Below, piece by piece: positions 1 through 18,580 of a DNA stretch of 64,000 bases. The notes below the pieces were generated by a model, which was not told the DNA's origin, did not search any database, and saw only the letters and a program-made list of their open reading frames with translations. This DNA is from Lingula anatina (lineage: Eukaryota > Animalia > Brachiopoda), in the NCBI GenBank assembly GCA_051362555.1, contig CM120647.1:6324001-6388000 (forward strand), in the 5' to 3' direction. A program made the position numbers and the translations under genes. Each line of letters begins with the position of its first letter. The first letter of the stretch is position 1.

Positions 1-509
1 ATATGATATGTCCCGTCTAATATATACAAGACATTTCGGGGTTGAATGGGTCCCGCAACAAACCTTCATTAGTAGACCTCTCTGGTGACATGCTTTGAAA
101 ACACCGATTTAATAGCAATCGACACTGTTGAGCTGAATTTGGACCGACTCATAACCTACCTTGAAAAATTCAATCAGAGCTTAAATCTCATTTTTAAATT
201 CATCGACAAAATTGAAATAACCTTGTGTATCTGTGTATCTCTTTGTTTTTTTAGTGTAAGGTCTCTACAGAGTGCAAATCTAGGCTTAAGATTTTTTGCA
301 TCGATCCTATACGAACTAGTTTCGTTTTGGGATCTATTTATATCTATGATGTCAAGAGAGACCCTGGATCGAGCGATATATGCCATTACGTGTGTTATTC
401 TTTACCATTCTCGTTTCTGACTTTGATGCGACTGCTTGGGTGTAAACTGTCGCTAACTTTTAAAAAGTCATTTTAACGAATTTAAAAGAGGCTACTGGTT
501 ATAACAGAG

Positions 510-1025
510 ATGGCGGCTGCTATGGGAAGACTCCAGATTGGGTTGAAGAAGACTGGTACGAAAGTTACCGTCCCCGACAACCCCAAAGCCAGGCTGATGT
601 ACTATCTTAACTGCATTTGCACCGTGCTTAAATTGGATAGCTCCGGCGAAATCCGGCGTCTGAGGGATTATAAGAATTATTCGCGCTTGTCGGAAGAAGA
701 GACCAACCAATTACTGATTCTCTGCCTGCTCATCAGCCCCGATGAATTGATGAACAAATGTATTTTCCACAGCGATGAAATGTGTGGAGATTTATCAAAC
801 CAGTTCTACGAGCTTAGCGCCGTGAACCAAACCTTCGTTGTCACCGACAGCATCATGATCGGCGGTGAGCGCAAACGCGTGCAAAAAATCATGTTTTTCA
901 AGATGTCGTGGATTGAGAAAAATTTCATCAACCCGATAAAGAGTTTCGAAAGCCGCATCCAGAGATTGAGCGGAGGGAATCGGCAGGCTAGACGCCGTGA
1001 ATCCGATAGCTGCACCATTATTTAG
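510..1025 (+). CDS. Uncharacterised 171-aa protein with C-terminal polybasic + CaaX (CTII) motif, copy 1
   Basis: Intact single-exon ORF. A paralog at 7706-8221 keeps length and frame (152/171 aa identical by manual count) with many synonymous differences, which indicates coding constraint. Confidence 0.85.
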   Translation: MAAAMGRLQIGLKKTGTKVTVPDNPKARLMYYLNCICTVLKLDSSGEIRRLRDYKNYSRLSEEETNQLLILCLLISPDELMNKCIFHSDEMCGDLSNQFYELSAVNQTFVVTDSIMIGGERKRVQKIMFFKMSWIEKNFINPIKSFESRIQRLSGGNRQARRRESDSCTII

Positions 1026-1884
1026 AAAGCGCGACCTTCATTGATCCAGTGATGCCAGGACTTTTCTTTGAACAATAACGCTAAATGGTACAAGCATAAA
1101 ATGACAATGAAATTGGACTCATTCGATATCTGACTGAAATATCCTTGCTGAATGAATTCTTATGAATTCCTGACTCGCTTTAAATGGATGAGAGAGACAA
1201 ATACACCCCCTTTTCTTGCTTACAAACTTATCATTTTTTACAATATGGTAAATGCCGTAGCTTTCCCAAAGGAATCAACATAGAAGGAATGAAATTGGAC
1301 AAATTCAACATCATACTTGACAATCCTTGACGAGTTTATTCCTTTGGTGATGGTACCGCTTTTTAACATCATGCCCGGACAAAGACAAAAAGTAGCCAGA
1401 CAGCTCGTTAATTTACTGATAATTAATGTTCAACAGTGGAACAAATCAAAGGATATCACAATTAACGTTATTATTATCGTCGCTTGTTAATCAAGAATGG
1501 CCTGTTTAAACTTTGGTGCAATCGTTTCCAGTTTGAACACATATTTGACCATTTTTCATAAAATGCGAAAGTACATATTTTGTATATTTTCATATTTTAA
1601 AAGGAAATTGATGTTTTTCACAGTAACTGTTGTTAACACATTTTAATTAAACAGAGAAAATGCTGCTATGCAGAAGTTACATGTATGCAGGGTTGTTATG
1701 CAGAAAGTGCGGAAGACGGCACGTGTGAGGGCATGTGTTTGGACGTAGATGTGCTTTCACCAAAACTTTTGTAACTTTACAACTTGAGAATGTTGTTGCA
1801 GGTTATCTTACTGAAAAAAAAAAACAATTCCAGAACAGATAGAAGTGAAAAGTTAAAACTGTTTTAATTTTAATATCTTAATAT

Positions 1885-3856
1885 TGTAACGCGCGAGGTC
1901 GCCGCGTCGGCGCACGACCCCGGACGCGACGTGGGAATATGGTGTTGAAACAGGGAAAGTATATCCCGGTCCTTCGAAATTAACAACAAAGGCATATGGT
2001 TACAGTTCAAATATTATTATTATACACCAATTTGCTTTCAATAAAAGAGATATTTCAAGAGATATATACAAGGCCTAAAGCCATAGAGTTTGTAATAAAA
2101 TCGAGCAACGTTTTTCATGGTATGGTAGCGTAGCGCAAATCAGCATCTTTCTTCATAGTAGCGTAGCGCAAATCAGCTTCTATCTTCATGGTAGCGTAGC
2201 GCAAATCGGCTTCTATTTTCATGTTAGAAACGACGACCGTTGAACGCGGCGGCGTCATCTAGGGGATGGCGACGATATCTTACGCCTGGGGACGGCATAA
2301 CGACGACCATTGAACGCGGCGGCGTCATCTAGGGGATGGCGACGATATCGTACGCCTGGGGACGGCATAACGACGACCGTTGAACGCGGCGGCGTCATCT
2401 AGGGGATGGCGACGATATCGTACGCCTGGGGACGGCATAACGACGACCGTTGAACGCGGCGGCGTCATCTAGGGGATGGCGACGATATCTTCATGGTGGG
2501 CGTCTGTTCAGTTTCTCAGCATTCCGGCTGTTATTCGCAATGGCAGAGGAGCTCGGTACGCATCACACGGCCGCAGCCGCGGGAACGGAACCTGAATGGG
2601 ATTCACAGACTGTACCCTCGGTCTGTGAACCTGGTTCGACGACTCGACTCTGAAGTGGACACGGCGACACTCTCCACCAGCAAAATCTCACGGGTACGGT
2701 TCATGCACACAACAACTCAGTCCTGGCACTTTTTCCACCCACGGGCGGTGAGATCGTAGGGGAACGCTGAGGCCTTCAGTTCAATCAGTGAACATCTTGG
2801 CGGCAGTAAACCCCGCGGACCCGGAACCTGTGACTGTTAGCTCTGAAAGAGCAAGGTTAATCTTCCGTGGCGCATTTCCTGCATTATCTACGCCCTGGAC
2901 CCGTCTGTCCCATGGGAAGTTCCCAGTCTCGCCTCGGCGGGAGCGGAGGTTTCCTAGGGGAGCACCGTGATCGAGGGTTAGGACGTCCTTCACCATTACT
3001 GTCTCTTTTCGCTTTCCGGTAGCTGCATGCAAAGGGACACGTCCGGCGGACCGAACTAAAACAAAATAAGAACATAACACTGCCCCGATCATACACGGGG
3101 GAACACTGCGCACTCGGGCTGGCATTTTCCCTTCAGCTCCGAGCTGTCGACGGCGCCTCCTACATGACGTCTTGGACCCGATCAGCCTTTCACCCAAAAT
3201 CGTCCATGCCGCAGCGGCTTCCTTGGCCAGGATCCTAAACATCTGCAACCAAGGGATCCCATGATCTGACAGCCACCACTTGTCCTCCGGAGCGCGTCAC
3301 GGTGAATGCAGTTACAGGATTGCGTTAAGAAACTCGCTAAAAACTAACGGTACATGTAGCTGACATAACTGTCAGCCAAAATACTACAAAAAAAAAAAAA
3401 TAGACTAATCTTCGAAAAGAAAATTCTTCACAATTTTTCCCGACTACGTCGGGTAGCCCGAGGGCTACCCGCAGCCCGTTTCACTCACTTTTTGTCTCTC
3501 TCTTGTGCTTTATGACTGTCACTCAAAGATACTTTCTTTCTTCCCCGCTTCAACTTGAAGAACTTGAAAGACGCCGCTAACGATCAGCTGAGCGGTTATT
3601 TATAGCGACCGTGACGTCATGACCGCAGGTCGCGCGGTCACACTTTCTGACGGCACGTCGACACGGTTGGAACGTCATTGTTGATTCTTTCCCGTACAGC
3701 GGTACAAATCTAACGTTTCTTTCTTTTTTTTTTTTTTTAAATCATGGGGTATTTGGCATCTTTTCGTCTTTAAACGGCTCTAGAACGGCAACTAAAGTTG
3801 GACTGGTAAATTTTTGTCGGCATCGGTGTAGAGCTATTGGAGCCCCGTTCGTTACA
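1885..3856 (-). mobile_element. Probable solo LTR (Gypsy-like), 1972 bp
   Basis: Ends TGTAACG...CGTTACA flanked by a 4-bp ATAT duplication (1881-1884, 3857-3860). CpG/GC-rich relative to its flanks. Minus-strand TATAAATA at 3597-3604 and TGACGTCA at 3612-3619. Confidence 0.75.
2124..2490. repeat. Tandem repeats inside the LTR: 33-bp unit x3, then 70-bp unit x about 3.7
   Basis: gtagcgtagcgcaaatc recurs three times; cgacgacc starts at 2231, 2301, 2371 and 2441. Confidence 0.9.
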
Positions 3857-4432
3857 ATATATTTGTATATATAAATCAATATCTCGCTTTTTAAATGTTT
3901 GATTAGGTGTAAACACGATCATTATTACTTAGAATGTTTCATGTTTTTGACTTAAATTATATAATATCGTTATTTTCTTAATTATTATTTTTGTCATTGT
4001 TATAATAACAATTATTATTGTTGTTGTTGTTGTTATATTTACGATAATAAGTTAATGGGAGCAATCCTAGATTGAAGAGACGAACACATTTTCCGATTTT
4101 TTCTTATTTTATTGTTTTTATGATTGATTTATCATTCAATGATTTATAATTTTATGTTTGTATTGATAAAAAAAATGACTCGAGCACTAAATAAAGGGAC
4201 TCACTCTTAGCCACGTGAAGTTCGCACAATACTTGCAGTAATTTTAATCCTTTATTTAGTGGGTTTTCTTTTTTAAATTCTAAAATATTATTTGGTTTTA
4301 TTTCACACTTTTAAGTTTATTTATCATTATCGGAATTTATTATTATTCTTCTTATTATTATTATTATTTGCAAAAGATAATTTGGCCGGTTCCACGAGAG
4401 CCCCATCCGCTCTCCAGATTTCTGTTGCGTCA

Positions 4433-4482
<50 letters not shown>

Positions 4483-4759
4483 TGACTGACTCCTCTACAG
4501 CCCCATCGTTCTCCTGACCTCTGTTGTGACATATTTATCCTGTGTCAAAAGATAAGTCGGTATCGTCCTCGTGATTTTCAGATACTGACGGCACTTGAAC
4601 TGGTTCTTTGGTTTTATCTACCACGCTACCCATGAGATAATGTCGTGAAAAAAATGGCACAATTTTGACGCAATCACGCGCATATGCATCACAGCTGGTT
4701 GAAGAGAGCAAGGCAAACAAGGGAAATTCTATAAATGGATAATGAAGCTGCTAAAAACA

Positions 4760-6030
4760 ATGAATTACCCCTAGCAGCTTTAGTAGGCGTGACAGACATC
4801 TAAACCGCTTAAGTTGATTGCAATTTAGAGAATCCCCCTTTGAGATAGATCGATCCACACTTAGTACCACAGGGTCTGGGAATGGTCCCTAATAATAATA
4901 ATAATCTTTATTTAGCACTAAAATGTGTACAGGCTACATTTTACGGGCTCTCTACTCTACTTTTAGTTTTATAACATCTATATAAATGCAAAATACAAAT
5001 GGAATGATTACTGGGAAGTAGCACAGGATAAAGCATGATATCATTCTTGAGAGCTTCGATAGTTTGGAGATTGTTGACATAGACATTGTCTTAACATGCG
5101 GGTATCCCTCCAGAAAGCAATCCAAAGGGTTAGGTCTGAAGAATGTGCAGGGGTAGTCCGTGCGAATTGAGACCTAAATTTTGTAAAAAAAAAAAAAAAA
5201 AATTTACACTGGACGGCGTCCTTTCCGCCCCTTTTTTCCGATAACTGAAACTGGCATCGTTGCAGTCGTAGAAGGCACAAGCAGTTGACAATAATCTAGT
5301 TAGAATCCCCACGGGGATAGATCGATCTAAAATCTGTAGGAATGCACTCTAAGACCCCATTCCCACAGATTTCAGATCGATCTATCCTTGTAGGGAGTCC
5401 CACTAGATTACTGTCAGCTTAGCCAGCTTAATTGTCTGTCCCGCCTACTAAAAGCTGTAAGGGGGTAATTAACTACCGTGCGCGCTCGGCTGGCAGCAAT
5501 TTAGCGTGAACCCCCAGGGAACTAGATGGATCGATCTAAATCTATGGGAATGCAGTCTAGGACACCATTCCCAGAAACTATCGTACCAGGGAATTCCCTG
5601 ATCGTACTAACTTTGGATCGAACTATCTCCGAGGGGATTTTGGCTTAATTGCAATTAACTTGGACGGTTTAGATGTCTGTCACGACTGCTGAGGCTGATA
5701 GGGGTAACTAGCAGCTTTAGTGGGCGTCCCAGGCGTCTGAAAGCAATTTAGCGAGAGACCCCGTGGAGATGGACCGATCCTGTTAGATCGATCTAGGGAT
5801 GGGAACCCTTTCTAGGACCCCATTCCCGGAGATTATATCGATCCAACTAGATCGACCTAACTCACTGGGGGTTCACGCTAAATAGCTGTCAGCCGAGCGG
5901 GCACGAAAGTTAATTAACCCCTTACAGCTTGTAGTAGGCAGGACGGACATTTAAGCCGGATTATCTGACAGTAATCTAGTGAGACTCCCCACGGGGATAG
6001 ATCGATCTAAAATCTATGGGAATGCCCACT
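4760..6030. mobile_element. Cluster of full and partial copies of MITE family A (about 205-220 bp, PIF/Harbinger-like)
   Basis: Full copies at about 5353-5557 (-) and 5815-6030 (+) with TIR cattcccatagattt(a)gatcgat. Fragments at about 4765-4885, 5285-5345 and 5560-5800. Confidence 0.75.
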
Positions 6031-7705
6031 AGGGTACCCTGTGATCATAACAGGAAACGAGAGAAGATACCAAATGTGGTAGTTGAGACAATGTCTGTGC
6101 AAAAATGCATACAACTTTTGACGCAATCACACTCACGTTTCACAGCTGGTTGAAGAGAATGTCAATGAATGTCATTGAGAAATTATGCGGTTTTCCTTTC
6201 ATGTAGGTCCGCCATATTTAAGTATCGGCCTTGCTAGGCCTCTGCTATTCTCGACTTGAATGCTGTCAATGTAATTATTGTAGGCAGGAAGAAAGGAATT
6301 AAGTTAGGTGCTGGGTGAACCATTCAATAAAAAAACTATCAGCAATTTATGATGGAAAGCATCACGTACTTGAGGTTACAGTAAACATATGACTTTAAAA
6401 AGTGGACCGGGATCAAATCCCCTTCTCCCGACCTCCACCCTCGCTTCCTGTGCTTTGGACTGACGTGTTTGATTAAAATTGATTAGACTAATTAAGACAG
6501 TTTGACATGGGTTCGTCCCCGAAGATTACATTTATATGCCATTTCTTTGTTTAAACTTCCTGTCGGTATGTCGAGGAATAGTTAAAACTACAGAGCGAGT
6601 TCAAATTCCGACGGTATTAAAAAGAGACGCGGCAAAAGCCGAAGTTTCTTTTGATAAAGAGTAAATAGGCAAGTATGATTCAAAAGAAGTAACGAGAAAG
6701 AATGCGGATCCTTGAGGGAACGGGAAGGTCGCCATTTGCAAAAGAAAAGATTAAATAAATAATTATATGAATAAGTAGTAAATTAAAAAAACTTGTAATT
6801 TAACAAAAATAAATCTAAAAAGTAGTTTAGATCGAAAAAGATGGAGAACCCACTAAATTGAAATTTTAAACTACTTCAAAGGTAATAAACAAACTACACG
6901 AGCTAAAGTGACTCATATATTTAGTGCCCCAATCGTTTAATTCATCAATACAAACACAGGATTATAATAACTGGCTAAATGAGAAAAATATTCACATTAT
7001 TGTTTAAGGACAGTTTTAACTTTTCACTTCCATCTGTTCTGGCATAGTTTACGTCATAATCATATTCGACAACAGCACTCTCATTCTGTATATAACTCAC
7101 TGAAGTTTCGGTAAGGGCATGTCCATACCCACCCCCACATTCACGCACGCGCACACGTGTGCGCATGCTGTCTTCTGTAGTTTCTGTATAGTGAACTTGA
7201 AGATTTTTTCCTTCTTCTTAAATGTGTCAATAATATCCGGGCAACACAAATGTCCATTTCAAACATGTACCCATATGTTATGTACACTTCAAGTGTAACA
7301 TCCTTCGTTTTGATCAACTTTTCACAATGAATTACGAATAAATTTATAAATACACTACCCAAGAAGCCTAACTACTTGGTGTCATTGTCTTGGCTTGATG
7401 TAAAAAGCAACACCATAACCAAAGGAATTAACTGATGAAAGCCGGTCAACTCTGATATTGAATTTGTCAAATCTTATGCTTTTCTATGCTGATGCCATTA
7501 GGAAAAACAATGACATTCACAATATGGCAAGCAACAACATATAAAGTAAGAATGAAATACGGGGTGTTTTCTCCCTCCCTTGCATTTAAGCGATTCGGGA
7601 ATTCATTAGAATTCATTCAGCATGGATATTTCAGTCAGATATCGAATGAGTTCAATTTCATTGTCATTGTATGCTAGTTCCACGTGGAATGTTTAGTCAC
7701 GCTTT

Positions 7706-8221
7706 CTAAATAATGGTGCAGCTATCGGATTCACGGCGTCTTGCCTGGCGATTCCTTGCACTCAGTCCCTGAATGCGGCTTTCGAAACTCTTAATCGGGT
7801 TGATGAAATTTTTCTCAATCCACGACATCTTGAAACACATGATTTCTTTCACGCGTTTACGCTCACCACCGATCATGATGCTGTCGGTGACAACGAAGGT
7901 GTGGTTCACGGCGCTGAGCTCGTAAAACTCGTTACCGGAATCTCCACACATTTCGTCGCTATGGAAAATGCATTTGTTGATCAATTCATCGGGGCTGATG
8001 AGGAGGCAGAGAATCAGTAATTGGTTGGTTTCGTCTTCTGACAAGCGCCAGTAGTTCTCATAATCCCTCAGGCGCCGGATTTCCCCGGTGCTGTCCAAGT
8101 TAAGCACGTTGCAAATGCAGTTAAGATAGTACATCAACTTGGCTTTTGGGTTGTCGGGGACTGTAACTGTCGTGCCAGTCTTCTTCAACCCAATCTGGAG
8201 CCTTCCCATAGCAGCCGCCAT
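7706..8221 (-). CDS. Uncharacterised 171-aa protein with C-terminal polybasic + CaaX (CTII) motif, copy 2
   Basis: Inverted paralog of 510-1025. Flanks are also homologous (about 340-1395 vs about 7372-8390). Confidence 0.85.
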   Translation of the reverse strand: MAAAMGRLQIGLKKTGTTVTVPDNPKAKLMYYLNCICNVLNLDSTGEIRRLRDYENYWRLSEDETNQLLILCLLISPDELINKCIFHSDEMCGDSGNEFYELSAVNHTFVVTDSIMIGGERKRVKEIMCFKMSWIEKNFINPIKSFESRIQGLSARNRQARRRESDSCTII

Positions 8222-10576
8222 TTCTGATATAGCCAGTAGACTCTTTTATTTTCGTTAAATGTCTTTTAAAATGCTAGCGACAGTTTACACCCAAGCAGAC
8301 GCTTCGAAGTTCGAATGGAGAATGCGGAAAAATGATAGTCATAATAACATAAATCCGGGGCTCGATCCAAGGTATCTCCTAGCATCATAGACATATATAG
8401 GCCTAAATATGGTTAAATCGAACTGCTCAAAGTTCATGTTTATTTTAGTTTGTCCGATTATATTATTCAAGAGAGTGCTTTGTTCAAAACATGCTTCTTC
8501 CAAGAAATCAATTAACATCACTTCAGGTGCTTTAATTGGCAAGGTTTTTCAAGCCCAGGTATTCAGTATTATATTCATATCAAGTAAGAGAACGCTTTGT
8601 TTAAAAAGGGCTCTTCCTAGAAAACTATCTTGACCCATGTAAATCGGTCAGGTGACGTAAAGATTATTGTTATTGATTTCATACAACGAGGATGTGGTCT
8701 TCTTTGTTTGAGATATTTCTTCAATCTATTTACTCATTGTAGTAGATCACTAGTTAGGTAGGGGTCCACTTAAGGATATTGTCACCCTTCGCCCAAAACT
8801 CCTTATTTACTGCCTTACATGTACATTCTTTTGGGTAATAAATAAATCTTCAGTGTTCAGTGACTAAATTAATTTACATTTACACATATGTCATCTTACG
8901 AGTGACATCATAATTAGGGCCTACTATTTTTGGGTAAAAACTGAAAAATCGGCTCAAATTTCTCTTTTACATGAGCACCCACGATCCCCGTGGCCAATTT
9001 ATAGACACTGTTTAGCACTCCAAAACTTTGCCAGCGATTTTTCTTAAAAGTCTTCGTTCAGATTTTATCATTGATAAAGCAAATAATGTCTTTGTTTAAT
9101 GAAAATCTGTAATTAGGGGCTTATAACTCCAAAACAAAACATTTAAACCAAAATGACGGCACGGGATTGTAGCCTATACACTCGCGGTCAACTCTTCCAA
9201 TTTTCGTGATAAAATCTTGTTCCCCATCACTACTGGGCGTTTTCAAAACTGCAATGACTTCCAAACTGTGGATGTCAGTTTAAGTTAAAATGACTACGAT
9301 GCACCAAAGTCCGGAAGAAAAAATGATAAAATATTATCGTTACTTTTGTGCATGATCGACCGGTCCAAGGTCGAAAAGAACATAACAAAACCTTATCGAC
9401 TTTTTATCTGGTTATTTTGGCACTCACGATCAAATACTACGTATTTGTAAGTAATTGATAGTTACTACGACTTATTATCGGAATTTTAATCAACCTCACA
9501 ATTGTTTGGTTCATCATTAACTTAATATCTCTTCTTGATAATTCTTGTTAAGCATGGACGATATACGCCCCCCTTTGTTAAAAAATACTCTACCTCCTGA
9601 TCTAAAAATCTGACCCTGACCCAAACGGTATTTAGTGGTCAAAGAAGGCCCACGTTTTCTATATTTTGTTCAAGAAATAGATTTTAAAAAATTATTATTA
9701 TTAAATGCCCGGTTAAGTTTTTTAGCACGTTTTCTGGTGAAGCGCCAGCATATAGTATTGATATTTCTTTTAAAAGATATTTTTCCTGATATTAAAATAT
9801 GAACCCGACCTAAACGTTTATTCAGCAACATCACCAAGTTATGGTGTGAGAAGTTACACCATACTTCATAGTAAGTTACTATGTAAGGTTCAAAAATGTG
9901 TTGGATTTTGGACTATAGTAGTGCCGAGGTGATGGATATATTTTCTCATATCCATTGAGACCTGATCTTTAAATTCTCAGCCTCTCTATCTCGTTTAACA
10001 TATAGATGAAGCTCTTAACGGTAAAGAATTAAGAAATTGGGAGCTCGACAGCAGGTTTAAAGAGGGCTCAGTCCCAATGAAACTGTCGGTCAACGTGGAT
10101 CGATCCAACTCCGGGAGGAGTCTCGCTGAATCCAATCAGATTAATAGATTAACACACCTTTATTCTTATTACGCATTACTCGTAAAGAGTTGGATAAATA
10201 CAGTAACATATAATGGCACAATCAGATAAAATTACTTAACAAGATCGAAGGGTATTAAATACCAAGATAAAATTCCATTGCGTAAATTAAAACAAATTTT
10301 TAAATTTTTGAAAAATTGTTAAAACAACTGAAAAGTTTTCAAAGTTTGCAAAGAGTTGCTGTTGGAAAGCCCTTCTGGTACAAACCCAGATACATATGTG
10401 ACTATCCAATGAAGAAAATTCTTCCCGTGGTAGAGAGTAAATGAAACAACTATGAAGATTTTAACACAAAGGGTATCTAAGGTTAATGAAAACACTGAAC
10501 AAAGTAAACATCTAGCATTAAAAAACAGACTTTCAAACAGAAGCAAAATTCAACCAATGAGAAAAGTGAAAAGAAT

Positions 10577-10801
10577 CAATGGCGGATCCATAATTTTTTT
10601 TTTTTTTTTTTTTTGGGGGGGGGGGGGGTAGGGCAAACAAACAAAAATAGGCAAAGAACACTTTCTATAAAATGTAGAACACAGAGCGAAAAGGTGATAG
10701 AATTTGTCATATTCAAAGAAGGGGTTACTCCGAAATTAAGTGTGTGTCTGGGGGGGGGGGGAGTGTTCGTTGCGCCCATACCACTACCCGGTTCCGCCAT
10801 T
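10577..10801. mobile_element. Short MITE with AATGGCGGA(T/A)CC terminal inverted repeats
   Basis: aatggcggatcc at 10578-10589 and ggttccgccatt at 10790-10801; poly-G tracts inside. Confidence 0.5.
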
Positions 10802-11242
10802 AAGCCTCTCACTATCCATGTGTCTACAAACTGGATCTTATTTTTATGATGAACTTTTGTACAAAATGTCATGAAAATGAAAAAAAAAAATGAGGCACAC
10901 AATTAGCTATCTTTCTCCCCCTCCCCCCCACACACACACACACACTACTTACATATAAGGCCTCGTTTCACAAAGTTTTGTTCTATCTTATTATTATAAG
11001 TCATTATTATTAGTAACATTATTGTTATTATTGGCAATAATATTTGTCCTGCTGTGTGACGAAACAACAACAATAATAACCATAATAATAATCCAGATAT
11101 CTAAATTGCTTTAAAAAAACACTGACTCTCATTGCAATTTTCAGTATACTGAAATTATCTTGTGAAGTCGAAAGCAGTTTTATGACGTCACGCACGCCTG
11201 TTGTTTATTATGACGTCACGTCTGCCCGTGTTGAAGAGCCTC

Positions 11243-17728
<6,486 letters not shown>

Positions 17729-17935
17729 CTTGAATTTGTATGACGTGATTAGGATGACGTAAGATAGGCTGAAAAAGAAGAGGTCCGGAGGTAGAAAAAT
17801 GGCTAGGGGTCAGAATGCCTCTGCGTAACATATAACAAATAAATAGAAAAATACAATAATGGATAAACAAATGAATAAAAAGTCGATTAGACGAATAATC
17901 AATTGAATTAAAAATTAAATAGATTAATAAATAGA

Positions 17936-17978
<43 letters not shown>

Positions 17979-18580
17979 ATTGACTTTTTAGCATTCTGAT
18001 ATAAAGGTGAATAAAAATAGCCGCAATAGCTCTAAGGGTATATCAAACAGATATTTCACAAAAAGGACATAGCATCAAAAGAAAAATTACATTAACTCTG
18101 AGAGCACAATTCTTCAACCCAACACTCGGTGGACCAATATAGCGCACTACATGGATACAACAGACAGAAATAACTAAGACGCACCTCTCTCTCTGTTAAG
18201 ACCATTACCCATACTTACTGACCTCAGACATACGGTAGCTAGACCCTACTTGTTTTGGTTTAGGACGTTTGTTATTGTCTAGGTGGTGGATTGACCTCAT
18301 CAAAGTTAGCGTGGGAGCAACTGGGCTTATCGGGTAATTAGCCCTCCAACTCCACCTGCCTTTCACACACACAAACTCACACACACACACACACTTTTCA
18401 ACCACATCAGTTATAAGTAAGCAGGGGGGGGGGGGGGGCTGGACCCCCTCTCCCTCTGTCGCTATTTTTGAATGGTAACCCCGCTCCACTACAACCCCAC
18501 CCATCTTAGAATTTGTATTTTACGCGCCTGTCTATGGATATATATATAATTTCCACGTATAATTTCCACGTTTCTATTCA

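Noticed and set aside
2231-2490. 70-bp repeats as a CRISPR array
   Set aside because: The units are contiguous and near-identical with no unique spacers; the context is eukaryotic and there are no cas genes.
2781-3248. 155-aa minus-strand ORF in the LTR as gag or an accessory gene
   Set aside because: Non-ATG start and no recognisable motif; such ORFs are expected by chance in GC-rich sequence.
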